Positions 49,045 to 59,346 of a stretch of DNA of 64,000 nucleotides are shown in pieces. Source of the stretch: Desulfobacterales bacterium (GTDB lineage: Bacteria > Desulfobacterota > Desulfobulbia > Desulfobulbales > JAGXFP01); NCBI GenBank assembly GCA_024637225.1, contig JAGXFP010000074.1:6704-70703 (forward strand), read 5' to 3'. The position numbers were made by a program, and so were the translations under genes. Under the pieces are notes generated by a model. It had not been told where the DNA came from, searched no databases, and was given only the letters and a program-made list of their open reading frames with translations. The stretch's first letter is position 1; every line of letters begins with the position of its first letter.

Positions 49045-50268
49045 TTATGCCGAATGAAAGTCAGATCTGTATGAGACAAAGCCACGTTCCGCCATTGCAT
49101 TAACGTGGTTCTGGACTCTGGTAGGTTCTAGTACACCAAGAAGCGCACCGATGATAAGCGCGCCAAAAAGAGAAGGGAGAATTCCACCAAACAGAAGCTC
49201 TAGGACCAAAGCGCAATACAACGCAAAATGGGCAGACCAGAGCTGCAAACTAAAAGCCTTGGGTCGAATAATACGTACGAGCGGTGACTTAATCACAGGC
49301 CAAATCATCGCAATAATGAAAAATAGCATTGCAGGTACACCAGCCCACACTCCGACACTAAGAAAGAATGACTCTGTCAAAAACTTGTCTTCGAAATCGA
49401 AGGTATCCACCATTGTCCCAGGCATATTGAAACCAATTCCGAACCAAGGGTGATCAAAAATTGAAAGGAATGAACGTGTCCATATCATCGCCCGTAGTTG
49501 GTTACCTTCATCTGTTCCGATAAATATGATTTCGTAGCCGAAAACTGCGAGGACTAAAGCAAGCCCCGCCGCGAAACCAAGCCGAGGCCAACCCATCCGA
49601 GCATTTATAAATATTCCAGCAGTAATTGCTATAAGAAGTATATGGCGACGAGAGCCAGCAAGGTCTGCATTCAGTATAGCTAGTGCAGCACCTACAATCA
49701 TCACTGCACCAGCTAAGACACCACGGCGTGGCAGCTTTGAAAGTAAAAATGTAAAAGCAAAGAGTGATATAATCCCAGAAACAAATGAATGCCGAAATAA
49801 ACCACCAAAACGTTCGACTAACTCACCGGATCGCATAGTTATTTCAACATCACGCGCTATCCAATTCAATTTCAACGACAAGTTGAATAGTAAATCAGGA
49901 ATAAACAATAAGGCACAACCACCTGTCGCCACCGCAAGAATTGTAACTGCATTTCGATGAGCTAAAATAGCTAATGGTATTAGAGCAGTCACACCAAACA
50001 CAAGAAGATGTTGTTGCTCAAACCTACCGTCACCAATACTGACTATAAGCGACAGAAAACAGGCGATCATAACCAATATATAAGGACTGTGCATGACTCG
50101 TGACAATCTGTACGCAGGCCAAGTAAGAAATAGCCCAACAATCACAGCGGCCGCAGTTTTGAAGGCAGATTCTAAAGGAGCCATAAGCAAAAAGGAAAAA
50201 ACGACCAATACTATCGATAGGACATAACCCCTTATAGTTCTTCTAGTTACAGTTAGTCGTGATCTCAT
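49045..50268 (-). CDS. Wzy polymerase / O-antigen ligase family membrane protein
   Basis: Polytopic; RFGGLF, GSRR and R..IW..HPWFGIG motifs; AT-rich. Confidence 0.7.
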   Translation of the reverse strand: MRSRLTVTRRTIRGYVLSIVLVVFSFLLMAPLESAFKTAAAVIVGLFLTWPAYRLSRVMHSPYILVMIACFLSLIVSIGDGRFEQQHLLVFGVTALIPLAILAHRNAVTILAVATGGCALLFIPDLLFNLSLKLNWIARDVEITMRSGELVERFGGLFRHSFVSGIISLFAFTFLLSKLPRRGVLAGAVMIVGAALAILNADLAGSRRHILLIAITAGIFINARMGWPRLGFAAGLALVLAVFGYEIIFIGTDEGNQLRAMIWTRSFLSIFDHPWFGIGFNMPGTMVDTFDFEDKFLTESFFLSVGVWAGVPAMLFFIIAMIWPVIKSPLVRIIRPKAFSLQLWSAHFALYCALVLELLFGGILPSLFGALIIGALLGVLEPTRVQNHVNAMAERGFVSYRSDFHSA

Positions 50269-50390
50269 TCAAATACTCTTCGTGGTTATCTTTCATTCAA
50301 AGTCATGTTGTTCACAAAATAAAAATAGGTTTAAAGCTTATAATCGATAAAATTCCTTAAAATGATTGACTATCCAAAATATCCAAACAC

Positions 50391-51299
50391 TTATGTCGAC
50401 TTCCTGCATATAACAACAAGCTCAGTCGCTTCTAAATCCGATAAATGCCTAGGAAGAAACATGTGTTTAATTAATCGCCACAGTGCTTTCGATAAAATCC
50501 TCAATCGCAACCATGAAGAAACGCTGGTATCCCCTAATAGGTTTTTTGCACAAGAGCCAAAGTTAATTACTGAGTTGATTCTGTCCTCACGCTGAATTTC
50601 AATCTCTAGACCACAGCTACTAAGGAGTTCATGCAAACCACTGCCGGAAAATACCTGACGATGGCGCGGGAAATCGACATCTCTAGCCCAGCCTTTAAAA
50701 CAATCGATCAAAAATGAGTTCGCATTAGGTGTTGCAATCCAGATTGCACCACCTTCCATGAGGCAAGAAGTTAAGCGAGTAACGATTTGTTTTGGATTTG
50801 ATACATGCTCTAGAACATGACACATTGTTAGCCAGTCGAACTGATTGCCCTTACCGTCAAACACCTTCACAGGTAACCATTGGAATGGAAAACCATCTTC
50901 CGACTCAGGCCTGACAGGATCGTATCCGAATAGCTTCCCATTGTGATCTGAATTGTTAAGAGTTTGTAAATACTCTCCGGATCCACAGCCATAATCACAA
51001 ATTGCACAAGCGTCTAGCGGTGTATTACGGAATGTTGTTGTTTTTTGTGATTTTCTCAACAACCAACGAAATACTTTACGAAGTTTGGATCTTTTTTTCC
51101 CTGATGTATAATAGTTAACATAAACTTGCTCCAAGCACTTATCTGTTGGAAATTTATCAGGATATAAAGAGCCACACTCTTTGCATGAAAAGATAAGGCC
51201 CGAGGCATTGGTCGTATTAAAATTATAATCCTTAGTTTCAAACAACACCTCCCGATAGGCTTCAGGATGACAAGCACAATTATTGTCTTGAAGGTTCAT
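50391..51299 (-). CDS. Class I SAM methyltransferase with N-terminal Cys cluster
   Basis: CACH, CKEC, DYGCGSG, HVLEH, TPN and PRH motifs. Confidence 0.85.
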   Translation of the reverse strand: MNLQDNNCACHPEAYREVLFETKDYNFNTTNASGLIFSCKECGSLYPDKFPTDKCLEQVYVNYYTSGKKRSKLRKVFRWLLRKSQKTTTFRNTPLDACAICDYGCGSGEYLQTLNNSDHNGKLFGYDPVRPESEDGFPFQWLPVKVFDGKGNQFDWLTMCHVLEHVSNPKQIVTRLTSCLMEGGAIWIATPNANSFLIDCFKGWARDVDFPRHRQVFSGSGLHELLSSCGLEIEIQREDRINSVINFGSCAKNLLGDTSVSSWLRLRILSKALWRLIKHMFLPRHLSDLEATELVVICRKST

Positions 51300-52600
51300 A
51301 GTGCACGACTCTCGTTACAAATATAAAATAAAAAAGCACATTCAATCGTTGTTTTTATAACCCAAGCTGAATATAGACCTTGAAGAGAAAAAATCTGGAT
51401 ACAGAAGTAAAAAAGTGGCACCGATAAGATTGTTATAAGTAGAAACACATTTACAACCTGTTTAGCAAGTCCCCTACCCTGCAGTTCAGCTGCCAAAATC
51501 TGCGATGAACTTACTATAACTATAGCCATTGAAAATAGGACTATTCCATAAACATCGAAGGCTTCACCCAAAATATTACGTATATAATGGGGATATATAT
51601 AAACGGCAAAAGCAACGATAGTCACAAAAGTAACACCCACAGCAACAATTATATTATGCGCACCTCGTGTAAAGGATTTCCCGTCTGCACCAGTTGCCCA
51701 TTTAGCAAATACTATTGGGCCAAGGACGTAAGGTAGCAGCCAGAATTTTGTTAAAAGTTCAGAAATGACAAAAAAAGAACTTGCTTCTGCTGCAGGCAAA
51801 TAACGAAAGGCTAGTATCCTATCAATAGAGCCACTTAAAGCTGCCAATACTGACGTTAAAGCCAAATCTAACCAGCGCCGTTGTTCAACCCTTATCAACG
51901 GCTCGATGACTGAAGTCCCAGTAGGCCCGAAATGGTGGCGTTCCAATAGAAGAAAAACCACGAGCCAAAGTAAACGTGTGAACAATGCAACACCAATCGC
52001 GGCATCAAGGGACATGCCTGCTATGTAAGCGGAAGCTAGAACGAGCATACCTAACGAGAGACTCCCTTGCTTCAACCAGACAGCATGGGTGTATCGTTCA
52101 CCAACATCAACTAGGACACGTAGATCAGTAGTAATGAAACCGATGATTACTAATATAGGTGTCCAGGCAATATATAGAAGAACATTTGTATCACCCGAAT
52201 TGGTGGCAAACCAAACTAGGGCAAAAAATGGGGAAGCCAGAAGAGCCTTGATTGTGTTAACAATCAGCATACTCATTAGCCCAATATTTACTTTATCAAC
52301 ACGTGCGTTTTGGGCAAGCAAATGTGCTTTTGTTGTTCCTGGTTCGATACCGCTAGCAACTGCTGAAATAAAAAAGAAACTGAGAACATCTTGTAGTACT
52401 GTTGCTGATATTTGATATCGTAGCCACTGGAATGCCACAAACAGGACTAAAGCCGTTAGTAAATATGCCAGCGTCGCGTTTACAAATCGAACTGCATTGG
52501 TAGACTGAAAGTAAAGTAATTTTATTTTTACCAAATCATTATACATGTATATATAATTGTATATTAGTTGCAGTGTGGATAAAAGAAAAACTAGGGACAC
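51296..52600 (-). CDS. Putative Wzx-like flippase
   Basis: Polytopic, SIDRI motif, position in the EPS cluster; start uncertain. Confidence 0.6.
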   Translation of the reverse strand: MSLVFLLSTLQLIYNYIYMYNDLVKIKLLYFQSTNAVRFVNATLAYLLTALVLFVAFQWLRYQISATVLQDVLSFFFISAVASGIEPGTTKAHLLAQNARVDKVNIGLMSMLIVNTIKALLASPFFALVWFATNSGDTNVLLYIAWTPILVIIGFITTDLRVLVDVGERYTHAVWLKQGSLSLGMLVLASAYIAGMSLDAAIGVALFTRLLWLVVFLLLERHHFGPTGTSVIEPLIRVEQRRWLDLALTSVLAALSGSIDRILAFRYLPAAEASSFFVISELLTKFWLLPYVLGPIVFAKWATGADGKSFTRGAHNIIVAVGVTFVTIVAFAVYIYPHYIRNILGEAFDVYGIVLFSMAIVIVSSSQILAAELQGRGLAKQVVNVFLLITILSVPLFYFCIQIFSLQGLYSAWVIKTTIECAFLFYICNESRAL

Positions 52601-52800
52601 TCCCCAGTTTCATTTAATTATAATGAAAAAAGAGTTCATGAGGACCGGGGGGCAGGGTCGGGGGTCTCAGGACCGGGGGTGCGAATGCCCCGTGGGGAAC
52701 ACCGGCCGTCAATTGCTCGATACCACTTATTACCCTGGAACGCTTTTCCTTGCCTCTTGGATCTCGGATCTATCTTTTCCTTTGTTGCCGAAGGGAAGTT

Positions 52801-53118
52801 TTATTCCGATCTACTGAAAAATACCTGGCCGACCCGTTGAATATGGTCCACGAGCTCCTTATTATCAATCCGGCTAAAGAGTGAAAGATCGAAGGTCCAT
52901 GGGAGGAGTAAATCGTCGAGTTCGTTTTCGATCCGGATGAGGATCGTTTTGTTTAAGTCCGGTCCGAGCAAGGTCAAGTCAATATCCGAGCCTGCGGAAT
53001 AATTCCCTTTGGCCCGTGAGCCATAGAGGATCACCTTCTCTACTTGGGGGTATCCGGTGAAAACTGCGCGGATTCGGGCCAGTGCCTCGGTCGGAAGGCC
53101 GAACTGGCTGTCAATCAC
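52801..53118 (-). CDS. Minimal nucleotidyltransferase (MntA-type antitoxin)
   Basis: LYGSRAKG....SDIDL motif; GTG start at 53118 overlapping the HEPN gene. Confidence 0.88.
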   Translation of the reverse strand: MIDSQFGLPTEALARIRAVFTGYPQVEKVILYGSRAKGNYSAGSDIDLTLLGPDLNKTILIRIENELDDLLLPWTFDLSLFSRIDNKELVDHIQRVGQVFFSRSE

Positions 53119-53533
53119 CTTCGGCCTCTTTCTCGCGGTTGAGGTGTTCTTCCAACAAGACGAATTCATGAAAGTATCTTTCTCGAATATCATTGACAAT
53201 ATCATCGGCGGTTTTTTCATCATAGGTATGGGATGAAAGATTTCTGCTTCTGATCATGTCCATCCAGGCTTCTCCGGAGGTGATCAATCCCCGCCGGAAG
53301 GCGAGACGCGCCGCATCCCGGCTCCCCTGGATGCCCGACTCTCCCTGGAATTCGTAAAAATCCTTCATGGTGTTCCAGGCCAGTTCATGAGTGAATTCGA
53401 ATGCCTGGATCATGCCTTGTTTTTCGAGATCGGTCAAAGGACGTACGGCGGCAAGTGCCATGGCTTCCTTCAACCTTTGCAAGGCCTTGGAGTAGTTTGC
53501 CAGCCTTTGGAGCCACCGGATGTCTGCCGTCAT
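53111..53533 (-). CDS. HEPN / nucleotidyltransferase substrate-binding protein (HepT-type toxin)
   Basis: IQAFEFTHELAW and RNLSSHTY (R-x4-H) motifs; start at ATG 53533. Confidence 0.88.
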   Translation of the reverse strand: MTADIRWLQRLANYSKALQRLKEAMALAAVRPLTDLEKQGMIQAFEFTHELAWNTMKDFYEFQGESGIQGSRDAARLAFRRGLITSGEAWMDMIRSRNLSSHTYDEKTADDIVNDIRERYFHEFVLLEEHLNREKEAEGD

Positions 53534-53673
53534 AACCTTAATCCTTTGCCAGCCTGCGACCGGAACAGCAAGGTCGGACTGTGACTGAGATTTAAGATGC
53601 AACAAAGCCGGGGATTATCAGGTCTTGAAACATCAGTTTTATACTTTATTCCGCTTGTAGCTTACAGCTGTCT

Positions 53674-55884
53674 TTATTTATACGAATATTGATAATTATA
53701 TCGATAGCCGTTGCCCGATTGCTGAATTGGAATATCGTTGAAGATGAAGCCGTTGGGGTGGATGTTGTTCTGGGTGTAGCGCTTCAGGGCCTGCTGGATC
53801 TCCGCCATCGGATGCTGACCGGATTTCAGGATGATGAAATTGAGGCCGCAGAGGCGGGCGATGATGGTGGCGTCGGTGACGGCCAGGATCGGCGGAGTAT
53901 CGATGATCACCAGGTCGTAACCTTCGGCCAGGTCATGGAGGATTTTCTGGAACCGCTCGTTCATCAGGAGTTCGGAGGGATTGGGGGGGATGATCCCGCA
54001 GGGGATGAGATCCAGGTGCTCATGGCTGGTCCGATGGATTGCGTTATCCTGCAAGACCTCGCCGCTGATCAGGCCGGAGAGGCCGCCGGTGCGGGTCATC
54101 CCGAAATATTCGTGGAGATGGCCCTTGCGCATGTCGCCGTCGATCAGGAGGATGCGCTTGCCGCTGTCGGCCAGGATGGCGGCGAGATTGGCGGCAACGA
54201 AGCTCTTGCCGATATTCGGAGCGGGGCCGCCGAAACTGACGATATTGTTGGGGGCGTCGAGCATGGCGAACTGGAGACTGGTCCGCAGACTGCGCAGGCT
54301 TTCCACGGCGATATCATTGTTGTCGACCCTGGCCAGGAGGAAGTCATCGCCGGTCCCGCCCTTTTTCTTCCGGGCCAGGGCTTCCAGCTCTTCCTGTTTT
54401 TTACTGTGTGAAATCGTGGCATAGACCGGCAGGCCGAGGGCCGTTTCAACAAGATTGGGGTCTTCGACCCCGCGCCGGAAAGATTGCCGGATAAAAACGG
54501 CCGCGATCCCGCCCATCAGGCCGAGGAGAAAACCCAGGACCAGGATCATCTTTTTATTGGGTTTGGCGGCCCGGCCCGGCAGAACCGGCGGATCGATGAT
54601 CCGGACATTGCCGGTGGTGCCCGCCTTGACCACCTTCATCTCCTGGGCCTTGTTGAGCAGGAGGATATAGAGCTCGTTGGCCACCTTGACGTCCCGCTGC
54701 AGGCGGACCGCCTCCAGGATCTCGACCGGCATCTCCCGGATCTGCTCGTTCAGCTCGGCAAGCTTGGCCTCCAGCTGCTGCTGCTGCTGGCGCAGGGTGA
54801 CCATGGCCGGGTGACTGGCGGTAAATTTCTCGGCCAGGGTGGCCTGTTGAAGTCTGAGCTCGGAGAGCTGCTTTTCAACCTCGGCGTTCGCTTCAAGAAT
54901 ACTCTGGGTTTCCAAAGAAAGGTCGATGCTGCCCTTCTCGGATTTATAGGCCTTGAGCCGGGTTTCTGCTGCGTCCAGGTCGGCTTTCAGGCTGGGCAGC
55001 TGGCGATTGAGGAATTCCAGGGTCTTTTCCGCCTCGGCAGAGCGTTTCTCGATATCCTGGCGCAGATAGCTGGTGGCGATGGACTGGAGAATGCGGGTCA
55101 ACTTTTCCGGTTCCGGACTTTCCAGACTGATTTCGATAATGCCGGTCTGCTTGCCCTGCTCGGCCACATGGAGATTCTCCTGCAATGCGCCGATTACGCT
55201 CCCCCGCGGCAGAAGCGAAACCAAAAAACCGGTTTCCGGCCGGGCCGTCAGCGCCGCGACGAAGATCTCCACCCCATGCTCACCACTGGCGGCGGTAACC
55301 CCGACTTGACCGGTCAGCACGACGGTATTCTCGGGAGAATAAAGGGTGAAACTTCCCTCCTCGCCGGCGACCAGAGCAAGCGGCTCTCCCTCCCAGCTCC
55401 CGGGAACGACCAACCGTTGAACCAGGATCTCCTCACCGCCCCAGGCGAAACTATCGAGCCCGAACAGGGCCGGGTGCGGTCCTTCTTCGGGGTCATTGGT
55501 CAGGCGGCGGGCCAGGGGCCTGCCCAGCAGCGGGAAATAAGCCGGTTCTGCCACAAGATTCAACTGCAATTCATCCACCGCCGCCCCGATCACCGAACGG
55601 GACTTGATGATCTCAATCTCGGTCGCCGCTTCGCTTGCCGTATTCATCAGGCCGGAGAGCGCATCCAAGCCGGTGATGCCGCCGCCCTTGGTCTCAACCT
55701 GAATCAGGGTATCGCCCCGGTAGATCGGGGGAGCGAGAAAGATATAGATCAGGGCTCCGATCACGGCCAACAGAGTAATGGCGGCGACCAACCATTTAGA
55801 GTTTAAAAGGATGGCCACCATCTGATCGAGGTCGATTTCATCGTCGGCTGGAGCCGGGGTTGTATTGATATTATGTTCTGGCAT
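53674..55884 (-). CDS. wzc: Wzc tyrosine autokinase
   Basis: Two TM segments, ESLRSLRT, PNIGKS, IDGDMR, IDTPP, C-terminal YRYNYQYSY. Confidence 0.93.
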   Translation of the reverse strand: MPEHNINTTPAPADDEIDLDQMVAILLNSKWLVAAITLLAVIGALIYIFLAPPIYRGDTLIQVETKGGGITGLDALSGLMNTASEAATEIEIIKSRSVIGAAVDELQLNLVAEPAYFPLLGRPLARRLTNDPEEGPHPALFGLDSFAWGGEEILVQRLVVPGSWEGEPLALVAGEEGSFTLYSPENTVVLTGQVGVTAASGEHGVEIFVAALTARPETGFLVSLLPRGSVIGALQENLHVAEQGKQTGIIEISLESPEPEKLTRILQSIATSYLRQDIEKRSAEAEKTLEFLNRQLPSLKADLDAAETRLKAYKSEKGSIDLSLETQSILEANAEVEKQLSELRLQQATLAEKFTASHPAMVTLRQQQQQLEAKLAELNEQIREMPVEILEAVRLQRDVKVANELYILLLNKAQEMKVVKAGTTGNVRIIDPPVLPGRAAKPNKKMILVLGFLLGLMGGIAAVFIRQSFRRGVEDPNLVETALGLPVYATISHSKKQEELEALARKKKGGTGDDFLLARVDNNDIAVESLRSLRTSLQFAMLDAPNNIVSFGGPAPNIGKSFVAANLAAILADSGKRILLIDGDMRKGHLHEYFGMTRTGGLSGLISGEVLQDNAIHRTSHEHLDLIPCGIIPPNPSELLMNERFQKILHDLAEGYDLVIIDTPPILAVTDATIIARLCGLNFIILKSGQHPMAEIQQALKRYTQNNIHPNGFIFNDIPIQQSGNGYRYNYQYSYK

Positions 55885-56026
55885 GTTTTTTTAAGGATAG
55901 ATTAAAAATTCAAGGTTCAAGGTTAAGGACAGGTACAAGGGACATAGCAATTCAGTGCTTTTAACCAGTTACAGACTTCTGGATTGCTTTGCTTCACTCG
56001 CAATGACAACTCCTGGTTTATTTTAC

Positions 56027-56083
56027 TTATACCCACAGGTCATGAGTTTCGTACGAGTAGACAAACTGCTCAACCCGGCTTTA
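56027..56083 (-). repeat. Family C repeat (diverged)
   Basis: ttatacccacaggtcatgagtttcgtacgagtagacaaactgctcaacccggcttta. Confidence 0.7.
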
Positions 56084-56219
56084 TTTAAGCTTGCACATAT
56101 TTAGCTTAGGACACAAAGCTTGCAATGTCATTTATATTTAAACTCAATTTTCAGAGTTGCGTTTAATTCGAATCTCATCCTTCAACTTGAATCTTGCCCC
56201 TTGAACCTTGAATCTGCCC

Positions 56220-57341
56220 TTAATCCGTCCAGTCGTCGATCAGGGAATTGGTCTGCCAGATGGTCTGAACCGTGGGCAGGATCTTGCCGACAATCCGGTT
56301 CCAGACGGTCAGGCCGGTCGGGGCGACGTAGACGACATCGTGTTTTTCCAGGTTGAAAGTCGTGGCCAGGAGCAGGGCGTCTGCCGAGTTGGCGTCGAGC
56401 CGGTAGGCCATGGCCTGGCCGTCCTCGTTTCGGAAGACGAAGATCTGGCCGGCGTCGGCGTTGTCGCTGCTGATCCCGCCACTTCGGCTGAGGGCGTCGG
56501 CCAGGCTGAGGCGTTGATGGACCATCGGCACCGCCATCGACTCGCTGACCTCGCCCATGACATAGACGTTATTATCGGTATTGTCCGGGACGTAGAGCTG
56601 ATCGCCGGCCTGAAGGACCATCGGGGCCGGATTACCCTGCCGGTAAAAGGAGAGGAGATCGATCCGGAAGACCTCCCCTCCCCGGCTTAGCCTGAGCTCG
56701 CGCAGATCGGCAAGCTCAGTGGGACCGCCGGCCAGGTTGATCGCCTCCAGGAGGGTCAGGGGCCGATCGGTCAGGGCGATGATATTGGGGCTTTTGACCT
56801 CGCCGGCAACCACTATTTTTTTGCTGCGGAAATCGGCGACCCGCAGGTCGATCTGGGGATTCTTGATGTACTGGCTCAGCTTTTCGGCCAACAGGGCGCG
56901 GAGCTCGGCCACGGTCAGGCCGGCCACCTCGATCTCGCCGACATATGGATAGAAAATTTTGCCCCGGGCATCAACCAGATTTCCGGCCAACTCAGGAGAA
57001 CGGAACTCACCGGCCGGGATGGTCAGTTCGGGATGGTCCCAGACGGTGACGGTCAGGATGTCGCCTGGGCCGATGATGTATTCCCCGGCAATCGCCGGTT
57101 CAGACGAGAAGGCCGAAGCGGGGGCAGTGCGAGTCAAGCGTTCGGCCTGCTGCCGGGCGACCAGCTCGGCAGTGATCGGAATCAAAGGGGTGATTTCGCT
57201 TTTCTTTTCCGCCGCCTCCACCGGGGCTTTACCCAGGTCGCCTTCGTTAAGCCGGTGGCCGGGGGCCCAGGCGCAGCCGGACAGGGAAGAGAGCGTGGAG
57301 GCGAGCAGCAACAGTCCGGCAACAAAAAAGATCCGCTTCAT
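56220..57341 (-). CDS. wza: Wza polysaccharide export lipoprotein
   Basis: LSGC lipobox, YIIGPGD..TVWDHPEL, PYVG and VMGEV motifs; ATGA overlap with wzb. Confidence 0.93.
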   Translation of the reverse strand: MKRIFFVAGLLLLASTLSSLSGCAWAPGHRLNEGDLGKAPVEAAEKKSEITPLIPITAELVARQQAERLTRTAPASAFSSEPAIAGEYIIGPGDILTVTVWDHPELTIPAGEFRSPELAGNLVDARGKIFYPYVGEIEVAGLTVAELRALLAEKLSQYIKNPQIDLRVADFRSKKIVVAGEVKSPNIIALTDRPLTLLEAINLAGGPTELADLRELRLSRGGEVFRIDLLSFYRQGNPAPMVLQAGDQLYVPDNTDNNVYVMGEVSESMAVPMVHQRLSLADALSRSGGISSDNADAGQIFVFRNEDGQAMAYRLDANSADALLLATTFNLEKHDVVYVAPTGLTVWNRIVGKILPTVQTIWQTNSLIDDWTD

Positions 57342-57769
57342 AGTACTTCTATCCAATTATTAATGCCCCGGTCGATGGCGGCCAGCGCCTCCGCGAAGCT
57401 TTCCCGGCCCTTTCGATAGGGGTCAATGATGTCAAATTTCCGCCAATGGCCGAGCCGGAAGACCCTGCCCTTGACCTGGGGGATGCTCTTTTCGAGGTCC
57501 CGCTGCTGCCAAAGTTCCATGACCAGGATCAGTTCGGCCCCGATCGCTATTTCAGTAGTGATCTGCCGGGCTCGATGGCCGGTGGCGTCCAGGCCGCGCT
57601 CGGCCAGCAGGGCTATCGCCAGGGGATCGGCCGGTTGCCCGACCAGGGCCATCAACCCGGCCGAGGAGACCTCGACCTCTTCTTCCTTCAGACGCTCCCG
57701 AAGGAGAATTTCCGCCATCGGGCTCCGGCAGATATTGCCGGTGCAGACCGTTAATATGGAAGAGAGCAT
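57338..57769 (-). CDS. wzb: Wzb low-molecular-weight tyrosine phosphatase
   Basis: CTGNICRS and DPY motifs. Confidence 0.93.
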   Translation of the reverse strand: MLSSILTVCTGNICRSPMAEILLRERLKEEEVEVSSAGLMALVGQPADPLAIALLAERGLDATGHRARQITTEIAIGAELILVMELWQQRDLEKSIPQVKGRVFRLGHWRKFDIIDPYRKGRESFAEALAAIDRGINNWIEVL

Positions 57770-57794
57770 CGTTGGAAAACCTTTTTATCACCAC

Positions 57795-58070
57795 CCTAAA
57801 TCCGTGAGCGTTCGAGAACAGTGCAGATGCAAGGCGGCAACGATGTTGATAATAATGATGGTATATCAACGAGTTGCCAACACCGCAGATGCGCCGTTAT
57901 CGGGCGCCCCGCAGGGCGGCGGGATGAATCGAAATGACTCAGTGAAAAAATTTATTATTTTACGTAACAACAACGAATAAAGACTGAGTTGAGCAGCTTG
58001 TCTGCTCGTACGAAACTTATGCCCTGTGGGTATAAAGCAAAATCCCCAAAGAAGCCGTCACGGATTCAGG
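57795..58070 (+). mobile_element. Family D MITE-like element with a nested family C unit at 57983-58037
   Basis: Matches the reverse complement of 16075-16294 apart from a 55-bp insert. Confidence 0.82.
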
Positions 58071-58152
58071 ATCAAGATCTTATGGCTTGGGGCCGTAAAA
58101 AAATGAAAAAGTACCCGATTTAAGCCGACAATGCACTTGCTATTATTAAGGA

Positions 58153-58380
58153 GAGGTTCAAGGTGGAAAGACAGGTGCAAGGTTCAAGCTGCAAGGTTAA
58201 AGATTAAGGGCAGGTTCAAGTAAAGACAGGTTTAAGGTTCAAGATTAAGGACAGTTACAAGCCTCAAGCCTAAAGCTACAAGTCAACTGCGGTTGTGGCT
58301 TACATATTTAGTAGCTTGCCGCTGTCTTTCATTTAACTTTCCGTTTATAGCTTGCAGCTATAGCTTGAACCTGTCTTTAG
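58153..58380. repeat. Two-armed heptamer array overlapping the galE 3' end
   Basis: aaggttc/aagctgc arm followed by agcttgc agctat agcttga acctgtcttt arm. Confidence 0.75.
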
Positions 58381-59341
58381 CCATCCACGACCAGGCAGTA
58401 CGAATAATCTCCTCCTGGTCGAGATACTCCGGCTGCCAGCCGAGGGTTTTCCGAGCCAGGGTGCTGTCCGCCACCAGGACCGGCGGATCACCCGGGCGGC
58501 GCGGGGCATAGGTGAAGGGAATGGATTTACCCACTACTTTTTCAGCGGCCCGAATAATCTCCAGAATGGAAAAGCCCTTGCCGATCCCGAGGTTGAAGAC
58601 GTGGGCGCCCGGCTTCTTTTCCATATACTCCAGGGCCAGGAGATGGGCCCGGCAGAGATCGTTGACATGGATATAATCCCGGATGCAGGTGCCGTCCGGG
58701 GTGCTGTAATCGTTGCCGAAGACCTGCAGGGCGCACTCCCCTTTTGCCGCTCTGAGCACATTGGGAATTAAATGAGTTTCCGGGTTATGGAGCTCGCCGG
58801 TTTCGCCTTGGGGGTCGGCGCCGGCCGCGTTGAAATAGCGCAGGCTCACCGAATTCAGGCCGTGTTCGGCAGCCCGGCTTTGCAGGATTTCCTCCACCCG
58901 CAGTTTGGTTTCACCATAGGGATTGATCGGCTTGGTGGGATGGGCCTCGTCAATCAGCCCCTTGGCCGGGTTGCCGTATACCGCGGCTGACGAGGAAAAG
59001 ACAAAGCGTTGCAGTCCTGCCTCGCGCATGGCCCGCAGCAGGTTCTCGGTGCCCGTCACATTGTTCTGGAAATAAAGGTCCGGATCACGGATCGATTCGC
59101 CTACCAGGGAACGGGCGGAAAAATGCATGACCCCGTCAAAGCGTTCTCGATCGAACAAGGCCTTCAAATCGGCAGGCCGCAGCAGGTCGCCTTCGACCAG
59201 GCGCCCCCATTTCACCAACTGCCGATGCCCTGTTGAGAGATTATCAAAAACGGTGACTGAATGGCCAAGGCCAACCAGCATCTTCGCCATATGGGAACCG
59301 ATATAGCCGGCCCCGCCGCACACCAGGATATGCAAAGTCAA
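58358..59341 (-). CDS. galE: UDP-glucose 4-epimerase
   Basis: GGAGYIGSH, YGETK, LRYFNAAGA and DGTCIRDYIHV motifs. Confidence 0.93.
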   Translation of the reverse strand: MTLHILVCGGAGYIGSHMAKMLVGLGHSVTVFDNLSTGHRQLVKWGRLVEGDLLRPADLKALFDRERFDGVMHFSARSLVGESIRDPDLYFQNNVTGTENLLRAMREAGLQRFVFSSSAAVYGNPAKGLIDEAHPTKPINPYGETKLRVEEILQSRAAEHGLNSVSLRYFNAAGADPQGETGELHNPETHLIPNVLRAAKGECALQVFGNDYSTPDGTCIRDYIHVNDLCRAHLLALEYMEKKPGAHVFNLGIGKGFSILEIIRAAEKVVGKSIPFTYAPRRPGDPPVLVADSTLARKTLGWQPEYLDQEEIIRTAWSWMAKDRFKL

Positions 59342-59346
59342 GCTCC

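Noticed and set aside
52690-52790. Remnant of a second four-helix-bundle gene
   Set aside because: Only a faint RVISGIEQL resemblance; not supportable.
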